DNA from: Polymyxa betae A26-41
Taxonomy: Eukaryota; Protista; Endomyxa: Phytomyxea
Length of the DNA: 64,000 bases
Reading direction: 5' to 3'
NCBI GenBank assembly: GCA_003693705.1
Contig: RBZT01000373.1
Location: forward strand, 1 to 64,000
Shown here: piece after piece, positions 25,570 to 38,600 of the stretch
Position numbering within the stretch: position 1 is the stretch's first letter
How the letters are laid out: each line of letters opens with the position of its first letter
Notes under the pieces: model-generated
Database searches by the model: none
What the model was told of the DNA's origin: nothing
What the model saw: only the letters and a program-made list of their open reading frames with translations
Position numbers and translations under genes: made by a program

Positions 25570-26092
25570 AAAACAGAGGGGCGGATGCACCCCTTAGCTA
25601 TAACAATCGCCTAATTTCAGAACATCAACATGATCATGACGACATTCAGTCACAACCAAGCGATATGCTTTTCCTGTGAAGTGTGATGCTGATCCATGTA
25701 AATACTAAATAGGCTATCGAAGGCACCAACTGAGTAGCTACGATTCATCCGAACCTAACAGAATGAGCCTGAGCAGAAAATATTCTCGGTGGCCACCGCT
25801 GGACAGATATTAATCATTTATGCATCTAATCATTCATTATTTTCTATTGGAAGCCACAACTCAGTCAATATATATAATCAATAGAAGTAAGAAAATAGTA
25901 GTATAAATGAGAAAAAAGAAGAGTTGCAGCCCTCTATAGTCAAGATAAGTGTTGTCATTATATGGAGTGATTGATGTCAGGACTACCAATACCTCTCAAT
26001 AAACAGACGTCAGTAATAGAGACATCGTAATCGCTCACTAAAAATATAGATGATTTATGTAATGATATTCGCATTCAAGGAATGAGATTTAC

Positions 26093-26575
26093 TTAAGCAG
26101 AGATTTCCTCGTTGGCGGTCGATTCGAAGTTGTCAACCAGGTCAGGCACATCTTCATCGTCTTCACCGGCGGCAGCTCCTGGGACAGCCCCGTTCTTGCT
26201 GTACTGCTCAATGATCTGCTTCAGGTTCTCGACACTGTCTGGACCCAGCTGAGAGTAGATCTCGGGCATCAAGGAAGACAGTTCCTTCTCCTCACAGTTT
26301 CCGCTGACAACATATGTGTTGGCGGCAATAGCAGCCTGAACCTTGGGGTTCGTGAAATGGATCACCTTGCCATCCGATTTGAACAAGTTAACTTCTTCAA
26401 TTGTCGGGATAGTGTTGACATTCAGCTTCTTCAGCGTCGACTGAAGGCGTTTGTCATCTTGGGTGGCGGTCTTACGAACAGCCTTCTTCTTGCGGCGAAC
26501 AGTACCACGTCCACCGGTTCGTACAGCCTGAGAGCCGAACTTGGCCTGGAGCTTGGCACGTGTAGCTTCGTCCAT
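26093..26575 (-). CDS. BTF3: Nascent polypeptide-associated complex beta (BTF3/EGD1)
   Basis: VRTGGRGTVRRKKK..DDKRLQSTLKKL..IEEVNLFK..HFTNPKVQAAIAANTYVVSG..QLGPDS..DVPDLVDNF. Confidence 0.97.
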   Translation of the reverse strand: MDEATRAKLQAKFGSQAVRTGGRGTVRRKKKAVRKTATQDDKRLQSTLKKLNVNTIPTIEEVNLFKSDGKVIHFTNPKVQAAIAANTYVVSGNCEEKELSSLMPEIYSQLGPDSVENLKQIIEQYSKNGAVPGAAAGEDDEDVPDLVDNFESTANEEISA

Positions 26576-26886
26576 GATGAAATTGATGCTAGACGACAAG
26601 AATCCGATTCGAGTTCTGCGACAACACACCGTACGGTAATATTGACGGACTCCGAACTAAATAAGAATGCGTTGATACTTGATTAATGCAATTCCATGTT
26701 CTCCTTGCTCTTGTTTGCTTATATATTTAACCCATGACATTCTTTCTATTGCAGAAATTTTCTATGAAAGGCTGCCTGATTTACTTACAATCGTGTTTTA
26801 TTTTATGTGGCATCATTTCTTTCAAGTTTACTGAGATTTGGTAACAGACATTCGTGTGCCTTAATAAAATCTAGACAAATGTTATA

Positions 26887-27369
26887 ATGCAAAATCCATT
26901 CGATTCACCTAGATCTTCATTATCAAGCACAGAACAATTCAATTTTGTGGAAGTTTGCGTGGCAAAATGTGACGATAGGACAGCATCTGGAGACTTTTCT
27001 GATAAGCTATTCAACAATTCATTTCATAATACCACGATGCCTTTTGACAAGGTTAATAATAATCGTCATTTTAGGACGTCACCTCATAGTGCACCGCTTA
27101 AATCGATATCAAAAGAGTATATTACAAAAGCTGGAAGGTTTAAAGTGAAAGATATCACTGAAGATTGCGATTCGAAGCCTTTTCAACGAGTTACGTTGAG
27201 TGCCGGGTCCAGAAGTGACATCTCAGACCAGGGAATTCTGGATCCGATTCAATCTCTAGATGCTGTCAAAGAAACTATTAAGGCAATTGTTGCCGAACGT
27301 GATCATCTGGCATCTGAAAACGCCCGTTTGAGGATGGAGAACGAACAGCTGCGAAGGCAAAAAGGTTGA
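26887..27369 (+). CDS. Small protein with GRFKV motif and C-terminal leucine zipper
   Basis: 160-aa ORF with KAGRFKVKDI and LASENARLRMENEQLRR. Confidence 0.6.
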   Translation: MQNPFDSPRSSLSSTEQFNFVEVCVAKCDDRTASGDFSDKLFNNSFHNTTMPFDKVNNNRHFRTSPHSAPLKSISKEYITKAGRFKVKDITEDCDSKPFQRVTLSAGSRSDISDQGILDPIQSLDAVKETIKAIVAERDHLASENARLRMENEQLRRQKG

Positions 27370-27810
27370 TTTATCACCGATTTGTTCTAATTTGCTATGC
27401 GTAGCAAGCCATACATGAAAAACTGGTCCGTCTGCAGACAAGTTCCATTAATAACATGTTCTAATTCATTAGCAACAATTCCTTTCCGCCAGCATTGAAA
27501 ACAGAGCAATACAGATTCTTCAAATTCCTCGACGCGGAGAATGGCAGCGTTCAAGCAGACCTCTTAGAATCAGATTTGAAGCCGACTCCGAAATATGAAC
27601 TGAAACGCCTTCAGGCTGCCCTGACAGCAATTCCACACTATCGATTACTGAAATAAAGAGATAAGCCCGAAGCTCTTCTATCATATCAATTTAAATGTGA
27701 AGTTGGATGTTAAAAATGAAACGTTTACATATGAAGGGGTGGTGGTTGACTGATTGGACCTGCTTGTTGGGGGCACCATCAGCCCAACCCCTTTCTTATG
27801 TCATTCTATA

Positions 27811-29079
27811 ATGACACTCTCCATCTTCATTCTCATTTTTGCCATCGTCGCGGCTGATGGTACACCGCCTTCCCGGCCTCAAACACTGCTTTTTGTTCGC
27901 GAGCCTTTAACCAAGTATGCGGCGTTCATTGATGGCTTGAAGACCCAGCTGCATCACCATGTTATCGTTTCTAGTCAGAGGGAAGAACTTGTAAAATTTG
28001 GGGAGAGGGCTTTTGACAATCTTATCATCTTCGATTCCAACGACGATGTGTACTCAGTTAGCAAATTACTGGATTTCGTCGATCTGGGCGGAAATATTTT
28101 AGTTGCTAATGACAAGCCTGGAAAGTTTTCGAAAGCTCTCGCTAATAAATGCGGATTCGATTTTGACGAACAAAATGTAAGCTACTGCAATCCGATTTTC
28201 AAAACCTATTGCTAAATTGCAGACCAGACTTTTGTTACAAGTGAGGCGAATTCATTGGATTCATTACATAAGATGGTTGCTGTTCCATCTCACAATGCAA
28301 TTAATATTGATGTAAACGGAAAACCAGTTGCATTTAGGGGAATTGGTCAAGCACAGAGTCAGCTTACATGGACAGAAAAGTCTTTTCCAGTTCTAACTGG
28401 TGATCTTTTTATTTACTCATTCGACCCAACACAAAAATCTGTTGAAACAGCAGGCCAAGAACTTATTTTGATCGGTGCTCTTCAGGCATTTAACGATGCT
28501 AGGATCACTCTCATCGGCTCGTCGGATATGTTCTCTGACGAACTATTCGCTGTGGAATCGTGTGCTAACGAAGAGTTCACATTGCGTTTGGCGGCTTGGT
28601 CGTTTGGCCAGATGGGACGTTTAAAAGCTTCGAATATCTATCATCACAGAATCGACAAAGGCCAAGATTCTATATCTCCAAAGCAGTATACCGTCAATGA
28701 TACAGTCGTGTATCACGTCAGCATCCATCAATTCGATGGATTTACAAATCAATGGAAACCCTTCGTAACCGATGATTTACAGCTCGAATTCGTCATGATG
28801 GACCCTTATGTTCGCATTCCGTTGAAATTGGTTAGCCCTGGGGATTACTCGGTTGTATTTACAGTGCCTGACGTTTATGGAGTGTTCAAATTCCGTATTG
28901 AATATGATCGTCTGGGATTCTCAAAGCTGTCATCATCCACGGTCGTCCCTGTTCACCCGAAACGTCATGACGAATATGAACGATTCATTGATCGTGCTTT
29001 TCCTTACTACGTAGCCGAATTTTCCATCATGATCGGCTTCATGCTATTTGCTGGAGTATATTTATACCATAAAGACTGA
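27811..29079 (+). CDS. WBP1: Oligosaccharyltransferase subunit OST48/WBP1
   Basis: Signal peptide, FVDLGGNILVA, LQLEFVMMDPYVR, PDVYGVFKFRIEY, HDEYERFI..AFPYY and a C-terminal TM. Confidence 0.95.
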
Positions 29080-29212
29080 ATCTAATCGTTTTATTTCACC
29101 AATAAAAGTTGCAAATAATAGATTATGTATTATGTTGATTGAGATTTGAGACAGGCAGCATTGTGTCATTTAGCAGGCCATTGCGCAATTGTAGTGAGAA
29201 GTTTTATAAGGG

Positions 29213-29957
29213 ATGGAGTTAACAGGGTTGCTGGGCGCGTCTAGAACCGACCAGGAGAATGACGATGAAGGCTGGTTCTCTGAGTTCTTTAATCTGACCT
29301 GGACCCAACGTCTCATGGGATTTGCTATCTGTTTTGGGCTCGGCACTCTGTTTGGGGTTTTGTCATCTTTGGCGGTTGGCTCTATTCTTGTTGGTTCGTG
29401 AATCCACTCCATTTTACTTTACAAGGCTTAATAGATTAAAAGGGCGACCTGCAAAATTTGCCTTTCCCTATACTCTTTCAAATATTCTTTCACTCGGAAG
29501 GTAGTAGTGATCTTGTTTTAACCTCATAAGTTGATTTCTAACATTATCGATAGTACGACGTTTCTAATGGGCCCCACAGTGAGTTCAATGTCTTATCAAT
29601 TGACTTTCATTTTATGATATGGCGTAGAAACAGTTGAAAAGTATGTTTGCTAAGGGAAGGCGAGGTAAGATTCTTATATTTTCTAATTACTTCGCTCTAA
29701 TATATATTCAGTCGCCACTGCTGTATATTTGTTCTTCCTGATCGTTACACTTGTACTTGCCTTCAACGTATGCACCATTTGTGTGGGAATCTGCTTTCCG
29801 ATTTTTAATTTAATTATAGCGAGCGAAACCAATTTTAGTGCTACTTTCTATCATCATTCAGATGTTAGCTTTAGCGTGGTATTCACTCTCATACATACCC
29901 TTCGCTCGTGATGCTGTAAGTGCCTGTTTACGCCGAACCTGTATTGCACTATTCTAA
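29213..29957 (+). CDS. SFT2: Vesicle transport protein SFT2 (Got1/Sft2 family)
   Basis: LTWTQRLMGFAICF, KFAFPYTLSNILSLGSTTFLMGP and WYSLSYIPFARDAV. Confidence 0.9.
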
Positions 29958-30001
29958 GGGAACTATTATTGTGCAAAAGCTAAATAATCTATCTGTTAAA
30001 T

Positions 30002-31990
30002 TTATTGTGGTGCGGCCGATGATGCCGGCACACCCTTCCTTATCCTTCCAAACTGATCGAGAGTTCCTTCAGCTTCAATGACGGATGGTGTTTCGATCGG
30101 TCTTGGGGCTTCATTAGTCGAGCCTACGGGCCCTCTTCCTTTAGCCCTTGGTCTGGGCCGAGCTCTGTGTGGCGGTGGACCTGGAAGTCCTTTGTTGCCA
30201 GCTGGATTCTCATGCACAAATGTACACGAATCGCCTAAAGTACAACCACGAGGCATTTGGTAAAATCGGCAGGTACGACCTTGTCGACGATCATCGAATG
30301 TTCTGTGCGGATACATTTCTCCTCGGAAAGGCGAAGGCGGACGATCTCGAAATTCATTGGGCCGCTCTGCAAACCTGCTGGGAAAACGATGATCTGGATA
30401 GCCACGATAATCTTCGTATCGGCCATGGGGTACTGGCCCATTAAATTCATTATACGACGCAGGACGAGGTGGATACGGAGGTAAAGGACGAGGTGGAGAA
30501 CGTCGCCGGTGATCTTGATCATACGGATATGGAGGATGTTCACGAAACCCTGTAGGTCGGCCATAACTGTCGAATGGTGGAGGACGATCAGGATGGGGCA
30601 AGTATGACAGTCTTTGAGGAGGATAATGCCAATCTGATCTGGGTGGTGATGGAGGTAATGGCAGTCCAAAATTATCAACAGTTATGTCAACAGGAGGTGG
30701 TGATCTCGGCCTATCACGTCGAGCAGCTGGAGGAGGAGATCGAATTCGTCCAAAACCAAATGGCTGAGTTTCTGTAGGCTCAAGACCAAACTCGTTGCTT
30801 TCCAGTAAGTCATCTACTCCGGCAGAAATTAGCTCGTCTAATGCCAGAGCGCTCTCGGAATCCAGCCCCAACACTTCGTTAGGCATCGGCGGGCCTGACT
30901 TCATCCCACCAACGGGAGGTGGAAGATTCTGAAAATGAATTTTAGCGATAGTTCGATTAAGCTGCAAATAAGAACAACCCTCAAATCAGCCAAGTAGGGA
31001 GTGATGTTTGATGGCGGTTCAGAAGGTGGTGGTGATGGATTTAAAGGAATATGATCATTTTTGAAATAAACCACTTCCATAAGACCAGCAGCTCGATTAG
31101 CCTGCATTTTTGCTTCTACGCTCTGAGATGCATATTCACGAAATGCACAATTTTCAGGAATGATCAATGAAGCTGGACATGACCACGACGTTTGTGGTGC
31201 GATCTGTGGCGCCTTCGACCGTGACGATGATGATGACAACGAGGCTGAAGTCTGCTTCTCTTCTGGCGGCGAATGAAATACGCGAACCATTTCTAATCGA
31301 TTTTCAGGCGCCCATTGCAATGTTTTACGATTGGTTCGGGTCCTTTTCGCGGTCGGTTCATCATCACCGCTGCTACTGTAATAATTGGGGTCGCGCTCGA
31401 AAACGACTTTTCTTTCGTTATCGCCAATTGTTATTGAGAAATGTCTCGGATCGGGACGATCGCTTTGCCATTGAGACAAGGCTGTTTTAGCCAGCTCTCG
31501 AATCTCGTTGCTGGGACATTTTAAAGCCAGCTCGGAAACAGCCGCTTCAATAGCAGTTGACATATTCCCGGATATTGGTAGACGTGCTGCTAATTTCAAC
31601 AGAGCGATCTGAATGGATGACAAAATGAGAAAAGCGATCCATAAAAATAAAACGAAACATTACAGAACGTAGATTACAGAAATACAGCAATAAAAACCAT
31701 AGGAACAGAGCAAATTGTATTACCTGGAGAGCAGCATGACCTTGTGATAAAGCCTGGTTTAACCAAGATGCTAAAAGAACATGTCCGTCAATGGTCATAA
31801 ATTTACTCAGCGCTTCATTGGTTTCAACATTACAAATCGTGTTAACGATCACGAGTCGTTCGTCGCTGTTCGCGATCCTCATCTCATTCACCTTCTTTGC
31901 CATACGTTCCAAATCGGATGGGATACGTCGCGGCAGACGACGCTTGCGCTTGCTTGTCGTCGGCGCCTGGTCCTTGGCATCGGTCGACAT
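30002..31990 (-). CDS. PPP1R10: PP1 nuclear targeting subunit PNUTS-like
   Basis: TFIIS-N-like N-terminus (GHVLLASWL..LLKLAARLPIS), PP1-docking RKTLQW...VRVF, a Pro-rich region and a CCCH finger CRFYQMPRGCTLGDSCTFVH. Confidence 0.75.
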
Positions 31991-32286
31991 GGACCGGTGT
32001 CAGCCAATGACCAGACCGGATAATCTAGAGCGTCAATGAGAACAATGGAAACGATCTTAAACGTCGTATTAAATCATCATGATAGAGCAGAAATATGCGG
32101 CCTTATTAACATTCTACGCAATAATACTTTACTGCACTCAATATGCTTGTCTCATGCTTATGGCTTATAGCTACCGATATAATATCGAGTGATGGGCAAT
32201 GAAATATTCATTGACAACTCTTTGATACTACGTCAAGCAACCGTGCACAATCAGCTCACGAAGTTTGTCGATCGGACAATTTACTT

Positions 32287-34781
32287 TTATTTTCTTCTAT
32301 CTAAAATCCCATCATCTTCTGCTGTAATTGGAAGCCAGGTCGACCGAAATCGGAGATGATTCTGCAGCCGTCGCAGCAGAAAGAGTAGTGATAATCCCAT
32401 TATGACAAGAAATAACATAACAAAGGAAATTGACCAACCTGAATCTTGTCCGTTTGGAAATGGAATTGGAATACGCCATGGATTATAGCAGAGACCTTCT
32501 GATCTATCTTGAGATACTGCATCAAGATGAGTAGGTGATGTTCCACCATTATCATAATCTTCAAGTATATTGGTTAAACCAGATCGAAGTTTTTCTGGAA
32601 TGATACCAGATCCTGTAAACTCCAATAAAAGAATTATAAGCCAATCAGATCGGGTCGCAATGTTTGATTGAGCATCGTCAATACCGTTCGAATCGCCAAA
32701 CACAGCAATTCTGCTGTTTTCTAATGACAATATGCCACCAATAGCGACTTCTGAATGACTTTGTGCTGATGATAACAAAGTCGTCAGCATGAGCTCGCCA
32801 CCAATGGGGAATCGTTTTAAAGACGACCCTGAATGAATGGAGACAGGACGGCCTTCAATACGAAATATTCCATCGATGATGTCATCAGAGAATTCGATAT
32901 CAAATGAACGTAACAAATCATTGATCGCAGGGATATTTGAGCCTCCTGTTAAAGGCTCCCACCATCTTTGAGTATTCTGGGAATGAGTTAAAACCCCTTT
33001 TAAAATGACGATAATATTCAAACCTTGTCAAAAAACTGAGTTTTTTGGGTTTCGGCACGATTAAACCAGTCTGCTATAACGACCAACGATAGTCCACGAT
33101 TAAAAAGATCATTTTGCAGTTTGACGATCTCAGAACTTTTGAAGGGCCGTTCTGGATCGACAATCAGCAATGTGCCATATCTATCACCAATAAAGCAAGT
33201 TAGATCTCGTGTCAGGATCTCGACGAAGAATCCGGCAGAGCGCAGCTCTGAATAAAACGACCGGAAATTCGTGTAAAGATGATCGCCATGCCAATCGAGC
33301 GTATCGACCTTCTCGTTGAGATTATCACGAGGTACGAAAGCTAATGGAAACTGAACATTGTGGTACTGATCCCATAATACTCGTTTTGATCTATCTGGTG
33401 TTGGAATCACTCGGCATGTTATTGGAATAATAAGATCGTGCAGACTCCCAGCAGACCGTATTACAAGTTTGATATTACCACGAGAGATTCTTTCTTCAAC
33501 GACATTATTGAATACACCGATATGTACAGCAAGCCATCCGCTCCAAGGCCATAATAATGACGGGTATGAGAAGCGAACATCAAGAAAGGAGTCACCCTCC
33601 TGTGTGAACAAAACCGACTCAATTCTGCTCTCTACTGAGATACTGTTCAGAATCGTCACATTAAAGGAGACAGGTTCGGCATCGGCGTATAAAGGTTGGA
33701 TGCAGTACGGCCCGAAATATGGACAATCAGTAAAATCAATGGAACTTGGTGATGATGAAATATGTGGTTGCATTGATTGTAGAACTTCGCCAGCACCTTT
33801 AATATTCATTCTTCCAGCACCTTGTTCGAATATGGAGATTTCTGGAAGGCGTTCAGCGCTCTCCATTAAAGCTTGCTTAATAGCAGCTGAATTTCTCAAT
33901 GGTGAGGTAGGAGATAAAGTTGATAGAAGCATTGTGACAGCACCTGCAACAATTGGAGAAGCAACAGATGTTCCCGATAATGTCCTACAGAATCCATTAG
34001 ATGCAGCAGCTTGAACACGATCAGCCAATGTGACAAGATCGGGTTTTATACGGCCAATTCCATTGTAATGAAGCTCAGAGAGCGTCATACCTCTAGCACT
34101 GAAAGGTGAAATGGATCCATCTTGATTTAAACCACCAACACCAATTACACATGGAAGATCAGCTGGGTTTAAATGTGTTCCATATAATGGACCATCATTA
34201 CCAACAGCTGATACGATAATAACACCAGCTGAGCATAATTCTAAGACTTTTTCTAAGAATGGAAAATCATAATGATCAGGACCTCCAACAGAAAAATTTA
34301 GGACATCTATACCAGCCCAGAGAGCATAATTTAAGGCATCCAGAAACCAGGCTGTGTATGAAGTTTGATCAGTAGTAAAAACGCGATAAATGTGAAGATT
34401 GGCATCAGGAGCCAAACCAGGGCAAGAAGGCGAAGAGCCTGCAATGACGGCTGCCACAAAGGTTCCATGGCCAAGTTTATCATCAGGGCTTCCATCACTT
34501 GTAAAGTCCAGAATTTCAATAACGTTTTTTAAAGCATCGTGAGATGTGGAAAGACCAGAATCGAGAATGGCGACACGGACGTTGTTTCCAGAAGCATAGG
34601 GGATGAAAGCATCAACTTGATTTGAAACACCATCGCTAGTAGCAAATGATAGCAATGATCGAGAGATGGGTGATTTGTAGAAAGGTAGGTAAATGTGAAA
34701 TATGATAGCTATACCAATTACTCCAGTGACAGCCCACCAATGAATAAAGTTCAGAGAAGCATGAGGCCTTTCAGGTGTCAT
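32287..34781 (-). CDS. MBTPS1: Site-1 protease (SKI-1/S1P subtilase)
   Basis: Catalytic triad motifs VAILDSG, GHGTFVA and LSGTSVASP, plus S1P-specific VGNDGPLYGT, RVLWDQYHN, LDWHGDH and WWEPLTGGSNIPAINDLL, and a C-terminal TM. Confidence 0.93.
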
Positions 34782-35637
34782 TTTCTACAAAGCCCAGATA
34801 TAGGGCAGCATATAAACCAAAGAGGTGATCAGCACATCCTAAGTTACAAGCTACAGGTAATGATATCTCAAGTACTGGATATCTGTGGTCTACTGTATGA
34901 TAAAGACCAGAATTTAGACTGACAGCTGAAAAAATTGCGACTTTTATAGGTAAGCCGAAATTCTGATTAAAAGACAACGTACGTATTTCCGTACGGACGT
35001 GCTGATTTAAACATTCTTTTAGGACTGAGAGTTTGTCATCAATAACATGGGGCGTTAGGCGTCTGATCGGCAGTTCATAAATAAGTGCCAATTAGTGTCG
35101 TTCTGCATCGCGACAAGACGACATTGCTCTACAGGCGTCGCTGAACAACAATTATCAATGCTATTGGCTTATGGGCATTGGAAGATGAATGAATACGCTA
35201 AGTAAATGCTTGGCTTCGACTCGCCCAGTCGTCCACATGAGAGTGCTGTAGCTTTCTGAATACTGGGCTCGAGATCTTATACGTTGGTTTAACCTATTGA
35301 CGGATCTGGGGCAGAATGCAGCTTATGGTTTCTGGATCATTCATCTGGGTCGGTTTCTGGTCCAAATGATAGTCGCAGCACGTTTTGAAAGCACTTTTGA
35401 GCTTATTTCTCTTAAACGGTTATTGCTATGCATGACTATATACTATACGATTCCATTTTGTCGCATTTTTTAACGATGAAATTTTCTGATAAATCAACGC
35501 GTTTGTTCCTGAATGCCACCACAATGGAACAGTTGGATATCGCTATTATAGCACAATATTTCTCGTTGTATAAACGGCAAAGAAATTAGGATGTTTAGTT
35601 ACTGAAAAAGGCAGACTGTCAGGAAACACACGCTGTA

Positions 35638-38600
35638 TTAAGATTTTCCATAATATTTATATGTTCTAAGGAATTCCTTGTGGCATGTATGGAATAGTGC
35701 TTGCGATGCTGCATCCAAAACACCAAAGGCTGCTTGAATCTGTTCCCGATCAGCAATATCGAATAGAGACATAACGCCTTGCGTGGCTGCTTGACGTTCT
35801 TCAACATTCAGGATCGGCTTCAAAGCCATAGCTCGGAAATACTCTGCAATCAACCGCGATGACAGCGGAACGGCAGCCTGAAGCCGGGACAATTCCACGA
35901 ACACACGAGAGATGTTGTCCACAAGGTTTGCGTTTGATGATTTGGACTGTAACGTGTCACGAAACAGGCGAATTAAGTGTTCGCAGAACACAGGCAGAGA
36001 AGGCACCATCGATTCATGGCGATACCGAACCAGGGCGAACATCAATCTGCTAACCGACGATAATTTATCCGATTGTTGCAAACGACTCATAACAGGATGT
36101 ACAGCTGAGATAATGAGCGCTGACTGATGAACTGAAAGCTTCACAGATTGCAAATGGTTGACGATCACAAATAAGGCATCAACTGCATCATTGATTCCTT
36201 GGCCAATTGCTGAGCTAAGACCGTTAATTAGACTGGTCAAATGTTTCTCAATGACTCGGCAGTGACCAGTACGATATCTGATGTGATTCAGTAAATGTGA
36301 CAGCACTATAATTGCATTATTTGAAGATGCCAGATGAGGGCGGAAGAAGACAATCATAGCTTCAAAATCGGATGATTTTGAGGCTTCACAAAATGCTGAG
36401 CATATTTCAGGGTAAGGATCCCGAATAAGCCATTGGCATAATATGTCTAGGCAGAGCTGAGGGTTGTTGATCGATCGCATTACAGAAGCAATTGATGCCA
36501 TAAACAACCTGTTTGACTCTGAAGGGGATCCGTTCTGGACAAAATCGATCAATGCAGGAATTCGATCCACGATCGATGTAAGGAATACCGACCGGGTCTT
36601 CACAAATTCTGATGAGGAAAGGGCTTGGAATCGCAATAGAAGCGATATTAATTTCAAGACAGATTGGTCGTTCCATTCTTGAGGCAATCGATCAACAATC
36701 ATATCGATAGCGCTATAGAACTCGTCATTGATAACAAATGTTGGCTTCTGTTCACGGATATGGTCGATTGGACGATAGAACGCCTCGGTGCATGTGAGAT
36801 TTTTGTAGTGAAGATGATCGATAATGGCTTCGACTACAACGCAGAGTAGATCGATATCGCTGATATGACGAACTGATGTTGCGACAAGCTCCGATAATCT
36901 CTGTGACAGAATCAGCTTCAACAATGTCTTAGCCAATGATGACGACATCAGCCAGCTTAATAGCACATCTGCTTCAAGTTTCATCAATGGCCATTCTTTG
37001 AGACAGGCAACGCGAACCCAAATTTGATGGTCAGGGCTAATATTAGAGAAAATGACCGCAGACACAGGTCCCATAACTTGATCATCGAGATAATCAGCAG
37101 GTAGCTGAGACAAACTATCAATTAATGCTGGTTGATCACAGATAGATCGCTGTAAGCAAAGAGCCAAAGAGCGCCGTAAATGTCGGTTCTCCAGCAAAGG
37201 AGGATGACGCAGCAACAGTTGAAGATTATCACGAGTGATGAAATTGGCGATCAAATCAATGCTTTCGGAATCTGCAAAACTCAACAGAAGTTCTATATGA
37301 GCTGATACCAGACACCAATTATCTGATGTGGTGCATTTGAGCAAATGCTGCACAAGCTCTTTACCAGCATTATACGAAGACGATAGCGAACGACAATGTA
37401 TATCGTCGAGACAGTATACAACAGCAGATAATATTCCTGGCGTTAAATCATCGTATGAAACAAGCAGATCACGATCAACATGGTCTAGATCAGACAGGAA
37501 ATCGAATGGAAGTTCAGTGACCTGATCGGGCAAAAGGGTAATCAGGTTTCGTCGCGAGCGAGTCCTCCTGGCAGCCGTGTAGACAGATATACGCTGATCA
37601 AGAGGCAGCTGAGAGCAATGATTCAAGGTGTTCACGATTTGTTCATAGTTATCAGGAATCTGTTCCCTCATGTTGTCCAATACTGTTATGATAATGTCAG
37701 CGACTGCAATTGGATTGACATTAGTATCCAATTTTTGAAGGATCGCATCGATAAGTAGGGAAAGCTGTAGTGCTGGAATCCGAAAAAATAAGGTCGCGGG
37801 AACCAAAGCTGAGAGCCTCAAATTGATGGAGGACTGCAGGAACGACTGAAAAGCAACCCGAATTTGACGAAGATCGGTATAAGCAGTGACGATATCGGTA
37901 GCAAGGCGTTTCGAAAAATGTTCCTCTTGATGGGCTTCAATCAGCTTCCAAATCACTACGAGACGGTCTTCAATGAACAGATGATCGATGCGAAGCAAAG
38001 CAGCGATCGCACTGAATGCGAGTTTAGGATTGCTGACGCCAATGATGGAGTCTAGGAACGATATGAATTTCGAGCGTTGCATATTCGAGACATCGCGATT
38101 CGGATGATATAGTCGATGTTCGTGTATCATTGCGAACATCGATTCAAACAAAATCAGCTGCTCATCGGATGATGATGATTCAGCAATCACTTCAAGGAAC
38201 GCTAGTGAGATGTTCATGTCAGCAGAATATCGCTTGGACTCCGATACGTCATCTTGAGTGTGATGTTTCTGAGATGATTGCAGATAGTGCTTAAATAAGG
38301 TCGGAATTACAACCGGTATCTGGTGCAGATTCGTAAACAGTTTGAGTGTGTACGACTGAAATCGTGGCTTTTTGGGTTCCTCAGCATCATGTTGGACATG
38401 AGATGACCGGAATTCATTTATCATGCTCTGTGGGAACAGATAAAGAGAAATCATGTTGTCGATAGCAGAGCAATCATCAAGGCGCGAGCGGATACTGGCC
38501 CATGGAATGAGCATTTTATTGCAAACCAGCTCGAACGATTTTCTCGATGGCTGATTTGACAATAGCTGATTAATATAATCGAGAACGCTCCCGATGAATG

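Noticed and set aside
25620-25780. C/D-box snoRNA cluster (ATGACGA...CTGA boxes)
   Set aside because: The boxes are degenerate and I found no convincing guide of 10 nt or more complementary to rRNA. An Infernal/snoscan search would be needed.
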